A DNA stretch of 64,000 nucleotides, from the IMG/VR virus record IMGVR_UViG_3300032236_000679, positions 32,001-96,000 of that record; one strand, given 5' to 3'. The DNA is from a virus. Numbering within the stretch: the first letter of the stretch is position 1; each line of letters begins with the position of its first letter. Made by a program: the position numbers and the translations under genes. The notes under the pieces are model-generated. The model made no database searches, was not told the origin of the DNA, and saw only the letters and a program-made list of their open reading frames with translations. Of the stretch, positions 1-8,625 are shown piece after piece.

Positions 1-1044
1 GCCAACGAAATTATTCTGAGTTCCGCCTGTGTTAATGTTTCCACCAATACCCGCACCACCTGCAACTCTTAAGGCGCCAGTTGTAGTATCAATACTAGCA
101 GTAGTTCCGCTAATTGCGAAATCATTTGAACCGCCAAACTTTGTTTGCCCAGTTACAATCAAATCATAGTTACAAACAACATTACCATTTGAGTAAATGT
201 CCATTGCAGCCAATTGAGTGCCAGTGCTATTACGAACCTTAAAGTTCATAGTTCCTGCATTAGTATTACTGATGATTGCAACATTTGGGTTTGAAGTTGA
301 TAGATTTAAACTATTAGTTGATCCAACATAAAGTCCATTATTATTTGTAATATTAATAGTACCAGATGTTGTTGTATTCACATCTGTACGCATAAAAGAA
401 TCAGATGTATAACCGTTTAACTGTATACTATTACTTGCTATACCTGTAAATTTAGCATTAGTTAAAAATGCAGTATTTGCAAGATTTAAACCTGGGCTAA
501 TAGTTTGAAAGCCAGAAATTGCAGGGCTAGGAGTAAAAGCAGTGGAATTTGATAATATCAGGTAACGACTGCCACCAATACTCATTGAAATAACAGTATG
601 AGTACCACCTGAAGTATCATGTAGTACCTCAGAAGCAGTACCGCCAGTACCACCAATTGGGCCGACTAATTTATAGTCTTGAATATTGCCGTCATATGCC
701 CATAACTGACCATTTGTTGTATCCCACCATAGATCACCAACATTATGTGTACCTAAAGGAGCAGTGGCATTAGCAGTAGTAGAACCAACATTTTTCCAAG
801 CAAGACCAGTCCAAACTTTTAAGATCTTATTTGTACTATCCCACCATAGTTCACCTATAATAGGAGAGGTAGGCGCAGTACCATTTGCTGAATGCTCAAG
901 CAATCTTATGAAATTCTGACCTAAAATAGCACCATAGTTAGGATAATTTTTTCCTACTAATGTAACTGTAGTTTCAGTGTTTATAGTACCGTCGGGTATT
1001 ACAATCGAATTTGTACCGTTGGTTCGAGTAATAGTATATGCCAT
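1..1044 (-). CDS. Virion structural / tail-fibre-like protein (partial, runs off left edge; not in ORF track)
   Basis: Manual translation from ATG at 1044: MAYTITRTNGTNSIVIPDGTINTETTVTLVGKNYPNYGAILGQNFIRLLEHSANGTAPTSPIIGELWWDS. Preceded by AGGAG and by TAAATA at 1066-1071. Paralogous to the ORF starting at 63157. Confidence 0.65.
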   Translation of the reverse strand, partial: MAYTITRTNGTNSIVIPDGTINTETTVTLVGKNYPNYGAILGQNFIRLLEHSANGTAPTSPIIGELWWDSTNKILKVWTGLAWKNVGSTTANATAPLGTHNVGDLWWDTTNGQLWAYDGNIQDYKLVGPIGGTGGTASEVLHDTSGGTHTVISMSIGGSRYLILSNSTAFTPSPAISGFQTISPGLNLANTAFLTNAKFTGIASNSIQLNGYTSDSFMRTDVNTTTSGTINITNNNGLYVGSTNSLNLSTSNPNVAIISNTNAGTMNFKVRNSTGTQLAAMDIYSNGNVVCNYDLIVTGQTKFGGSNDFAISGTTASIDTTTGALRVAGGAGIGGNINTGGTQNNFVG

Positions 1045-1102
1045 CTTTAAAGAGCTCCTACAGCATATTTAGCGACAAATTGTCATTAAATGCAGACACA
1101 TA

Positions 1103-3061
1103 TTATGGCCAACTTCCAGTAACTGCCCACGGTGTTTTTACCCAAATATCATCTGTACCTGTTGTGTAATTTGCAATACAGTAATAGATATTATTGGAGT
1201 CAACAGCAACCATACCTTGCATATCTCCAGATGTACCTTTAGATGTAGTAGGTACATTAGCAACTGATAACATTAACCCATTACTAACAACTAAATTATT
1301 TAAAACTGAGGTATTTGCTTGATCAACTAAAACTACATCAGAATAATTAACACCAAATTTAATGTTTAAATTACTAGTATCTATAGCAATATATGATCCA
1401 TTATCATTAATTTCAGTTACTGATGCAGTTGTTGTTAAACTTCTAACTTCAATAATATCAGTTGATAACGGTGCTTCGTTTAAAGTTAATGTCAGACCGT
1501 TAACAGTATATGCTATGCCTGGAAGTTGACTGACACCGTTAACAGTAACTATTGCACCATTAGTGGTAGTTTCACCCGTTAGAGTAAAATTAGTTTGTGT
1601 ACCATTACCTGTGAACAAATCTGAAACAATAGTAGTAGTTGGCGCAGATGAAATCATCTGCCAAGAAAATCCATCATAAATTTCAAGTGCTGCCAAGTTA
1701 CTGTTAAATCTGATCATTCCTTTAACAGGTACATTGGGACGAGATAAATTATTTCCAACTGGAATTGTCAGTGCCGAAGTTGAATTAATAGAAACTACAC
1801 CATTACCAGGAGCAGTTAAACTAATATTACCATCCACATTAGTTGCTATTATATGATTGTTAGTAATTAACAAATTACCAATCGATGCTCTATAAGGATT
1901 CAACGCACCTGTGTATGAAGGAAGGTATGCACTAACATTAGCATTAGTATAAACTGTGTCAAAACTAGCGCCATTAGCCCAATATACACCAGACGTTGTT
2001 ATGATGTTTCCTATATTTGCATAACTTCCAATTGTTGCTGAAACGAAATTCCCATAACCATTTATGTTTCCATTAATGTTTCCAGTAACATTTAAAACAT
2101 CTCCAACATTAAGTGCTCCGCCAATACCAACACCACCAGCAATAATTGCAGCACCTGTAACTGTACTAGTGCTAACTGAATTATTTGTAATCTGCAAAAT
2201 TTCAGCACTATTAAATTCTTTTTGAGTTACTGCTACTGTTACTGATTTAGATCCAGTTGAATTAGTTGTTAAATTAATACCCTTTCCTGCAACAAATTCA
2301 ATTGTATCAACTGGATCTGCTGTTAAAGTTTGTTGTCCTTGTACAATGACATTGCTAAAAGATCCTGCTGAAGCAACTTTAACAATACCAAAACCTTGTG
2401 TTGTTACTTTAAAACCAGAATTTTTATCAAATCTAATTGAATCAATTGCACTGTATGAATTTGAAGTTGTATAGCCTGTAACTTCACTAACAATAACAGG
2501 AGATCCTGTAAATATTTCACCATTTGCATAATAATATCTATCAGCCAACACACTTTTACTAGTCACTGAACTTGAAACATTTACATTTTCTGGTAAACTA
2601 AAAGTTGCTTGTTTATTACCTACAGTAACTACAATTTGATTTTGAGTACCTAATAATTTTAAAGGATCTACATAGAGTGATAATGAACTAGTATTAGTTC
2701 CGTCAGATATAGTTGCCTGTCCTGAGATTCTAGTATCAACATAATTTTTTGTTGCAGCATCTTGTGCTTTTCTTGGATCTCTAACATCATTAATGAAAGT
2801 GTTATTAACGCTAACATTGCCGGTAGGTTTTAACATCAAATTGCCAACTATTGTGCTAATTGATGTATTTGCCAAAATTAAATTATCAATGGCTGCATTA
2901 CCAACAATAGTAAGTGTTTTGCTTGGCAATGTTGTGTTGATTCCAATGCGACGATTAGACACATCAAAATACATTAAATCGGAATCTATTGCTAAATCAA
3001 CACTATTACGGACTAAGTTGTCCTTAAGCATAGTACCAGCAATCTTACCTAAGAAATTCAT
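1103..3061 (-). CDS. Virion structural / tail-fibre-related protein, 652 aa
   Basis: N/T/G/V-rich beta-type sequence. Carries modules recurrent in phage fibre proteins (LMYFDVSNRRIGINT, IPVGNNLSRP..GMIRFN, FTGNGTQTNF) and a C-terminal G..G.VAVDSNNIYYC cap also found in 14527..17466. Confidence 0.55.
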   Translation of the reverse strand: MNFLGKIAGTMLKDNLVRNSVDLAIDSDLMYFDVSNRRIGINTTLPSKTLTIVGNAAIDNLILANTSISTIVGNLMLKPTGNVSVNNTFINDVRDPRKAQDAATKNYVDTRISGQATISDGTNTSSLSLYVDPLKLLGTQNQIVVTVGNKQATFSLPENVNVSSSVTSKSVLADRYYYANGEIFTGSPVIVSEVTGYTTSNSYSAIDSIRFDKNSGFKVTTQGFGIVKVASAGSFSNVIVQGQQTLTADPVDTIEFVAGKGINLTTNSTGSKSVTVAVTQKEFNSAEILQITNNSVSTSTVTGAAIIAGGVGIGGALNVGDVLNVTGNINGNINGYGNFVSATIGSYANIGNIITTSGVYWANGASFDTVYTNANVSAYLPSYTGALNPYRASIGNLLITNNHIIATNVDGNISLTAPGNGVVSINSTSALTIPVGNNLSRPNVPVKGMIRFNSNLAALEIYDGFSWQMISSAPTTTIVSDLFTGNGTQTNFTLTGETTTNGAIVTVNGVSQLPGIAYTVNGLTLTLNEAPLSTDIIEVRSLTTTASVTEINDNGSYIAIDTSNLNIKFGVNYSDVVLVDQANTSVLNNLVVSNGLMLSVANVPTTSKGTSGDMQGMVAVDSNNIYYCIANYTTGTDDIWVKTPWAVTGSWP

Positions 3062-3097
3062 GTAAAATCCTACCTATGCATTATTTATGGTTAAAGA

Positions 3098-3505
3098 TTA
3101 ATGTGCATCAGTGCTTGAAAAATTATGCAGCACTACAATTGTTTGACCACTAGGTGGTGCAGTAACAAATCTGATACTATTTCCAACAATAATAAATGCA
3201 TCCATTGGATTTTGAAATACGTTACCTACGAAAACAAGCAAGGATAACTCACCAGGAGGTGTTAAACTTAATGCAAAATCAGTTGTAGTGCCATCACCTA
3301 AAAATTGATCTTTAACGATTGCTGCATTTCCAGTAACAGCAAGTTGATACCATCTGTCATTATAAATTTCAAATCTGTCAATATCAGTATTAAAACGAAT
3401 TTGTCCGTTTACTGCTTCTTCAGGTCTAGAAGAAGTTGGGCCGATAGGCACACGGATAGCATTAGATGCTGCTACCAACTCTGTATTTTTTAAATATCGT
3501 CCCAT
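3098..3505 (-). CDS. Small virion structural protein, 135 aa
   Basis: Shares IP.G.TSSRP...NGQIRFNT and FLGDGTTTDF modules with the 652-aa neighbour; tightly packed in the operon. Confidence 0.5.
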   Translation of the reverse strand: MGRYLKNTELVAASNAIRVPIGPTSSRPEEAVNGQIRFNTDIDRFEIYNDRWYQLAVTGNAAIVKDQFLGDGTTTDFALSLTPPGELSLLVFVGNVFQNPMDAFIIVGNSIRFVTAPPSGQTIVVLHNFSSTDAH

Positions 3506-3517
3506 TCTATTAAACCT

Positions 3518-3829
3518 TTATTGACTAAAATTTGAAACTGTTGCTGAAATCATATAGTTTTCATCTGTTGATGCAAAAATTGCATCACCATTGCTTAAAA
3601 CAATTTTTTCTCTATCTATAACAAATGTATCACTTGCTTCAACTGAAACATTATTATAGATCATATTGATATTAGTTGTATTATCACCATTAGCAACAAG
3701 CCATAAGGAAAACATATGAGCAGAAGTATCTACATTGCAAAAATACATTGTAGTAACTACGTTTGTACCATCTGATGTAAAAATTGCAGTTGGGTTTGTT
3801 GTTAATGAAGTACTTGTAATCGTTGCCAT
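3518..3829 (-). CDS. Hypothetical, probably structural, protein, 103 aa
   Basis: Beta-rich small protein (VTTMYFCN...IVLSNGDAIFA). Co-oriented with 9-12 nt gaps to its neighbours; SD AGGA. Confidence 0.5.
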   Translation of the reverse strand: MATITSTSLTTNPTAIFTSDGTNVVTTMYFCNVDTSAHMFSLWLVANGDNTTNINMIYNNVSVEASDTFVIDREKIVLSNGDAIFASTDENYMISATVSNFSQ

Positions 3830-3838
3830 TTTAAATCC

Positions 3839-4561
3839 TTAACTAAACACAAGGCCTAACCATGTGGCCTTTCTTTTGTTTATCAATTCTTCTGAACCTA
3901 AAGTATTTACAACATATAAACCGCTGCCGCCTGCGCCTGGTGCATTAGCAATAATTTGAATAGTACTTGCTATATTTGTAGGTGTTGCACCAGTTTGAAA
4001 CTGTAACTTTAGCCCGTCTTTTAGATATGTTTTACCACCATTAGCATCTAACACTATATCGCCTAATGTAGTGCTAATAGTTGCATTGTTAGAAATTATC
4101 GTGTTTCCAATTTGAACATTGCCATTTGAAAAATAATTAAATTGTGAATTTCCACCTAATGCGCCTGCATTATTAAATTGAATTGCTCTATCATTGCTAC
4201 TAGTAACAATTGCGCTGCCACTTGATAGATAACCTTTAGTAACAACATCGTCATTGCTAAGTGGCGATGCTGCTCTTACAACAGTTAATCCGCCATTTAA
4301 TGTACCTGACCAGCAAGATCCTACTTCACTAAACATCCAATAGGTATTTGGTAATATACCGCGATTGACTTTTAATCCGCTAGTTCCAGCAGTGACGCCA
4401 GAACCTAATTCACCAGCATTAAGCAAAAACATATTGTTAGTAATTTGACTGTTGACCGTAGTTGCAGCAGTCTGGGTGCCAGTAACTGTTAAATCGCCGT
4501 GAACTGTCAACCTATTGGTGTATATATTATAATCACCGTCAACTCTTTTAGTGCTTGCCAT
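3839..4561 (-). CDS. Virion structural protein, 240 aa
   Basis: G/N/T-rich (LTVHGDLTVTGTQT...LNAGELGSGVT; AIQFNNAGALGG). Perfect TATAAATA upstream at 4580-4587. Confidence 0.5.
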   Translation of the reverse strand: MASTKRVDGDYNIYTNRLTVHGDLTVTGTQTAATTVNSQITNNMFLLNAGELGSGVTAGTSGLKVNRGILPNTYWMFSEVGSCWSGTLNGGLTVVRAASPLSNDDVVTKGYLSSGSAIVTSSNDRAIQFNNAGALGGNSQFNYFSNGNVQIGNTIISNNATISTTLGDIVLDANGGKTYLKDGLKLQFQTGATPTNIASTIQIIANAPGAGGSGLYVVNTLGSEELINKRKATWLGLVFS

Positions 4562-4579
4562 ATCAGTTTCCGTTTAATG

Positions 4580-4587
4580 TATTTATA
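4580..4587 (-). promoter_or_regulatory. T4-type late promoter TATAAATA
   Basis: Perfect consensus 18 nt upstream of the 240-aa gene. Related cores also at 1066-1071, 3082-3088, 6425-6432, 11835-11842, 14506-14513 and 17489-17495. Confidence 0.75.
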
Positions 4588-4595
4588 TGTCATGA

Positions 4596-4623
4596 CAAGA
4601 GGCTGAACAAAGTCAGCCTCTTG
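4596..4623 (-). terminator. 11-bp perfect hairpin downstream of the 436-aa gene (terminator or processing stem)
   Basis: CAAGAGGCTGA-acaaag-TCAGCCTCTTG. It lacks a clear U-tract, so the function is uncertain. Confidence 0.5.
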
Positions 4624-4633
4624 AAATAGTTAA

Positions 4634-5944
4634 TTAAGCGTTACGAATCTTTACACTTGTTGCCGTTGGATCATCAAATGTCCAATGTACTGCGGTGTTG
4701 TCAGCAAATCTTGCACCACCAGATCCTTGATACTTAATCACAGTTGCCTTATGACCACTAATCTTCTTAACCCAATAGTCATATCCATCAATATCAGTTG
4801 CTTGAATGAATAACCCAGTGCTATCAGTTGGATAAGTTAGGTTTAAAAACTTAGTAGTAGTTGCTGTTCGAACCTTAAATCGACGTGCGCCTTCTTGCTT
4901 AATAATGTCAACAATTGAACTATCACTTACATCAATAGCAATGATGGCATTTTCTTCGTATGCACTACGATTTGCATCACCAGACTGGCTAGCATATTGA
5001 TTACCGTTAGCATCAAGTTGATCAGTTGTTAGAACAAGTGTACCAACAGCAGTAACTTCACCACCGCCAGAAGTTGAAGTAAATGTTACAGATTCAGTTC
5101 CGATATAACCCGAACCTTCTTCAGTAGCAGCAAGATATGCTGCACCATAGCCAACATCTAATTTACAACCAGTACCGCCTGCAGGTGCTACAGTTGTTGT
5201 ATTATTTGTGCCAGTATAGAATGGACTCATACCATAATAATAATCAGCACTTGAAACAACAACAGCAGATTCAACACCATAAGTAAATGTTACCGAGCCG
5301 CCGCCGCCATTATTATCACCGGCACCTGAGCCATTGTAGTCACCAGATGCACGAGTGTTATATCCAGTAGGTGTTGAACTACCGCCAGTTGGACCAGCAA
5401 CAATAGTTTGTGCTGTTGTTGGAGCATGAGTACCATCAGTTCCATCCCAAACACCATATATAGATGTACCAGCATTATAACCTGTTAAATGGTGACCACC
5501 ATCTGCTGTTACACCCTTAAGGATGGTTGGACTGGTCCAATGGCTATTAATAAATTGATCCCAAACGATCCATTCAGTACCATCCCATGTACTACTAGAA
5601 CCTGCTGTGTTTAGTGAAGCACTAATAACACGTAGTTTTGTAACTTGCCATGTTGTGCCGTTACGATCAGTTAGAATATCACCAATTTGATATCCAGTAC
5701 CTTTTGAACTATTATAGGGATTACAGTTAAGTGCTACACTGTGTAGTACACCTGCTGCTTGTACACCAGTTGGAATGCTAGGTGCAGGGAAAGAAGCAAC
5801 TGTTGGAAGACGGTTGATATAGTTGCCTTGATTACTAAAACTAAAATTAGCAATACCTTCGCCGCCAATCTTATTATCATTAACTGTGCTTGCTGAACCG
5901 ACGTTACGGTTACCAAAATATTTCTTATTAAGTGGACGTCCCAT
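4634..5944 (-). CDS. Virion structural protein (MGRPLNKKYFG-type), 436 aa
   Basis: G/T/S-rich. The C-terminal domain (IIKQEGARRFKV...YWVKKISGHKA...VHWTF) is paralogous to 5955..6359. SD GGAG. Confidence 0.5.
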   Translation of the reverse strand: MGRPLNKKYFGNRNVGSASTVNDNKIGGEGIANFSFSNQGNYINRLPTVASFPAPSIPTGVQAAGVLHSVALNCNPYNSSKGTGYQIGDILTDRNGTTWQVTKLRVISASLNTAGSSSTWDGTEWIVWDQFINSHWTSPTILKGVTADGGHHLTGYNAGTSIYGVWDGTDGTHAPTTAQTIVAGPTGGSSTPTGYNTRASGDYNGSGAGDNNGGGGSVTFTYGVESAVVVSSADYYYGMSPFYTGTNNTTTVAPAGGTGCKLDVGYGAAYLAATEEGSGYIGTESVTFTSTSGGGEVTAVGTLVLTTDQLDANGNQYASQSGDANRSAYEENAIIAIDVSDSSIVDIIKQEGARRFKVRTATTTKFLNLTYPTDSTGLFIQATDIDGYDYWVKKISGHKATVIKYQGSGGARFADNTAVHWTFDDPTATSVKIRNA

Positions 5945-5954
5945 GATAAACTCC

Positions 5955-6359
5955 TTATGCGCCAGGGATTGAAACTACATCGCCTGAGGCGCTGCCAAAT
6001 TTCCATTGATATTTGTTACCGTTGAAATCAATAACAAACTTATTAGTTAAACGTGCAATTCTAAATGTGCTACCAACAGCAGGAGTTGCTGTAATTGACA
6101 TTTCATGAACAGTAAGACTGCCTACAGCCTTGTCTACTAATGTACAAACATCAGTATATGTTCCGTCAGTTACTAAGAACTTGCTCTTACCTTTAGCACG
6201 AATAATGCTTGCGTTTGCAGCACTTCCACCGTATGGATATGCTTTAACTTGTATCTGATTGCCACTGATTGAGGTTAGACCACCGGTACCACCAATAGTA
6301 GCAGTGCTGTCAAAACCTACGTTTACTGTGGCAGATTTCTGAATCTTAAACTTTGCCAT
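5955..6359 (-). CDS. Hypothetical structural protein, 134 aa (start revised from 6422 to 6359)
   Basis: Strong SD AAAGGAG directly before ATG 6359 (MAKFKIQK). The ORF-track start at 6422 lies immediately against the promoter. IIRAKGKSKFLV...RIARLTNKF...YQWKF matches the C-domain of the 436-aa gene. Confidence 0.6.
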   Translation of the reverse strand: MAKFKIQKSATVNVGFDSTATIGGTGGLTSISGNQIQVKAYPYGGSAANASIIRAKGKSKFLVTDGTYTDVCTLVDKAVGSLTVHEMSITATPAVGSTFRIARLTNKFVIDFNGNKYQWKFGSASGDVVSIPGA

Positions 6360-6438
6360 TTTATTCTCCTTTGTGACGTTCCAGGTCAGTCGGCTGGCTA
6401 AAACCGCAGTCTTAAACGACAAAGTATTTATTGTAAAA

Positions 6439-8097
6439 TTAGCATTCGCCTACAAATGGTTCTGGTTCAACAGTTTTTATTGTTAGACTTGTATCGCTGT
6501 TAAACTTGTTAAACAATACTCTTGGCTGGCCGCCCCACAAAGAATTTAATACAGTGTAATCATTGTTCTGACCAAAATAACAAATCTGATTGCCAACATT
6601 ATTAGCAAACATATTCAACATCCAATCTTTAAACTCTGCTGGTTTACTTGCAGGATTGATCTGTAATATCAAAGCAACTGCTCCACATACTTGAGGACTT
6701 GCCATGCTTGTTCCTGATATACAACCTTGACGCCAATCGCCATCGAGATAGTAAGCAGCATCGCTGTAGCCTTCATCAGTGAATGTGTTTGTGTTAGATG
6801 TTGCGCTGTAGATAGCATATCCACAAGCATAAAGATCAACACCAGGTCCGCCTTCGCTAAAGTCTGCTTTCTGATCTAAAGTAGTACTCCACGGAGTTAG
6901 ATCTAAACAACCAACATTCAATGCTCTTGTGCTATAAGGGCTTGAACCACGATGATAAAAGACTGTAAGATACGAAGAAGAAGGTCCAGAGCCTATTAAT
7001 CTAAAGTAGTTATTATAGTCAGGACCACCAGGAACATCAATCTTAAGACCATCATTACCAGCAGCAATACAGATATGAATACCAGCGTCAATCATTTCGT
7101 CGATGATGCTGTCTAATGCTGGGTCTCTAAAACCAAATGTTCCAAATTCACCCATACCATATTCAGGATGAACTGTTTCTAAATCAGTCCAAACTGTTCC
7201 TCTATAACTACCACCGTTAATGAATGGTAGCCATTCTTCATAAGATCCGCCAAGCCCCCAACTCATATTAACAACAGTTGGATTCTTATAAACTGATTCT
7301 CCAATACTCTGTTTATTCCTATGCCAGCCAAGTATGAGATCTAATGCTTGATATGTTTCAATACCAGTGCCATTGCTGCTGAGATCATTTAACTTCATGC
7401 TGTAGATTGCTGCGTTATTTGCCCATCCAAATGTCTTACCAACAGCAGTACCAGCAACATGTGTGCCATGCCCGTCGATGTCAGTATAAAAGTTTGATGG
7501 CATTGACCCACTTATGTTAGCAGCATCATACCAATTAATTTCCATTACACGACTTGCGCCATTGGAATTTTGAAATTCAGGATGATCTACTTCAAGTCCT
7601 GTGTCTACAATGACAACATCAACATTAGAACCATCTAATGTGTATGTATATCCATTAGGAGCAGTAACCGTTGTGCCATAATTGTTACTAATACTATTAT
7701 GTCTTACAAGACCATAGTTTAGTTTATTACCAGTTGATACTGAATCATTTGCTGGTTTATCAAAGTTGCCAGTGCGTATTGCAGCAGGCTGTGGCTTAAA
7801 TCCAAGATGTGCTGCGGGAATAACAACACTGGCAATACGGCTGTCTTTGCGTAAGATATCTGCTTCAGCATCAGTTAACACATAATGACAACTGCGCTGG
7901 CTAAGTGGACGCTCGTTGACAAAACGAACAGGACGACTGGGAACGTGTCCGTCACCGTTAGAATCCTGTTCAATTTCTGTCCAAAAAGCATCATAATCAA
8001 CACCAGGGTTTAGACTTACAATGTATTCCTTACCATCACTATATGTAGGAATAGTTGGTATTGTTCGTAATTTTACACCTGATGTCTTCTTAATCAT
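6439..8097 (-). CDS. Subtilisin-like serine protease (peptidase S8) with N-terminal propeptide-like region
   Basis: Catalytic motifs VVIVDTG (Asp), DGHGTHVAGT (His), AAGND (oxyanion Asn) and GTSMASPQV (Ser) are all intact. Confidence 0.9.
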   Translation of the reverse strand: MIKKTSGVKLRTIPTIPTYSDGKEYIVSLNPGVDYDAFWTEIEQDSNGDGHVPSRPVRFVNERPLSQRSCHYVLTDAEADILRKDSRIASVVIPAAHLGFKPQPAAIRTGNFDKPANDSVSTGNKLNYGLVRHNSISNNYGTTVTAPNGYTYTLDGSNVDVVIVDTGLEVDHPEFQNSNGASRVMEINWYDAANISGSMPSNFYTDIDGHGTHVAGTAVGKTFGWANNAAIYSMKLNDLSSNGTGIETYQALDLILGWHRNKQSIGESVYKNPTVVNMSWGLGGSYEEWLPFINGGSYRGTVWTDLETVHPEYGMGEFGTFGFRDPALDSIIDEMIDAGIHICIAAGNDGLKIDVPGGPDYNNYFRLIGSGPSSSYLTVFYHRGSSPYSTRALNVGCLDLTPWSTTLDQKADFSEGGPGVDLYACGYAIYSATSNTNTFTDEGYSDAAYYLDGDWRQGCISGTSMASPQVCGAVALILQINPASKPAEFKDWMLNMFANNVGNQICYFGQNNDYTVLNSLWGGQPRVLFNKFNSDTSLTIKTVEPEPFVGEC

Positions 8098-8102
8098 CTA
8101 AA

Positions 8103-8612
8103 TTAACCTCTTGCTGCTAAAACTCTTGCTACTCTTGCTTCAGTGTGTGCTGTACGAGCAGCCTTTGCTGTTTCAGCACGAGCAACTGCTGCTGTTTTCT
8201 GTTCTGCTGTTGGATGAGTTTGACGACCTCTTACAGTCATGCTCGAAGCAATAGAACGTTCTGCGGCTGCTGATGTTCGTGTTGCTTTCCAGTTACTCTT
8301 GTTTTCAACTGCTTTTGCTGTTCTTGCTGCTTTGTCTAATGTTGGCTTCTTAAGTCTTGCGCCAAGAGCAGGATGTGCTTTTACTGCTGCAAGATCACCA
8401 ACTACTTCGTTATCAACAACAATCTGAGGAAGAGTAGTGTAGCCAGGTACTGCCGCAGCAACATCTGACTTTTTCCACTTGCCTTTATTGATATCTCTTA
8501 CTTCAACTTTTGCGCCTGTACGACGCAAAAGATTAGCAGCCTTGATTCCATCTTGATTTTCAGACGTAGTCCAGACTATAGCGGTCTTCTGTGGTGGTTT
8601 AGTTCTAATCAT
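8103..8612 (-). CDS. Glutaredoxin-fold protein lacking CxxC, with basic Ala/Arg/Lys-rich tail
   Basis: AIVWT..[ENQDG in place of CPYC]..AANLL...VEVRDI...AVPGYTTLPQIVVDNEVVGDL matches the Grx3/NrdH pattern including the cis-Pro motif TLPQI. The protein has no Cys. Confidence 0.7.
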   Translation of the reverse strand: MIRTKPPQKTAIVWTTSENQDGIKAANLLRRTGAKVEVRDINKGKWKKSDVAAAVPGYTTLPQIVVDNEVVGDLAAVKAHPALGARLKKPTLDKAARTAKAVENKSNWKATRTSAAAERSIASSMTVRGRQTHPTAEQKTAAVARAETAKAARTAHTEARVARVLAARG

Positions 8613-8625
8613 TTTTCAATCCTTA

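Noticed and set aside
6360-6422. ORF-track N-terminal extension MSFKTAVLAS... of the 155-aa ORF
   Set aside because: That ATG is only 2 nt from the promoter motif and lacks an SD. The AAAGGAG SD supports 6359, and the interval is better explained as a leader.
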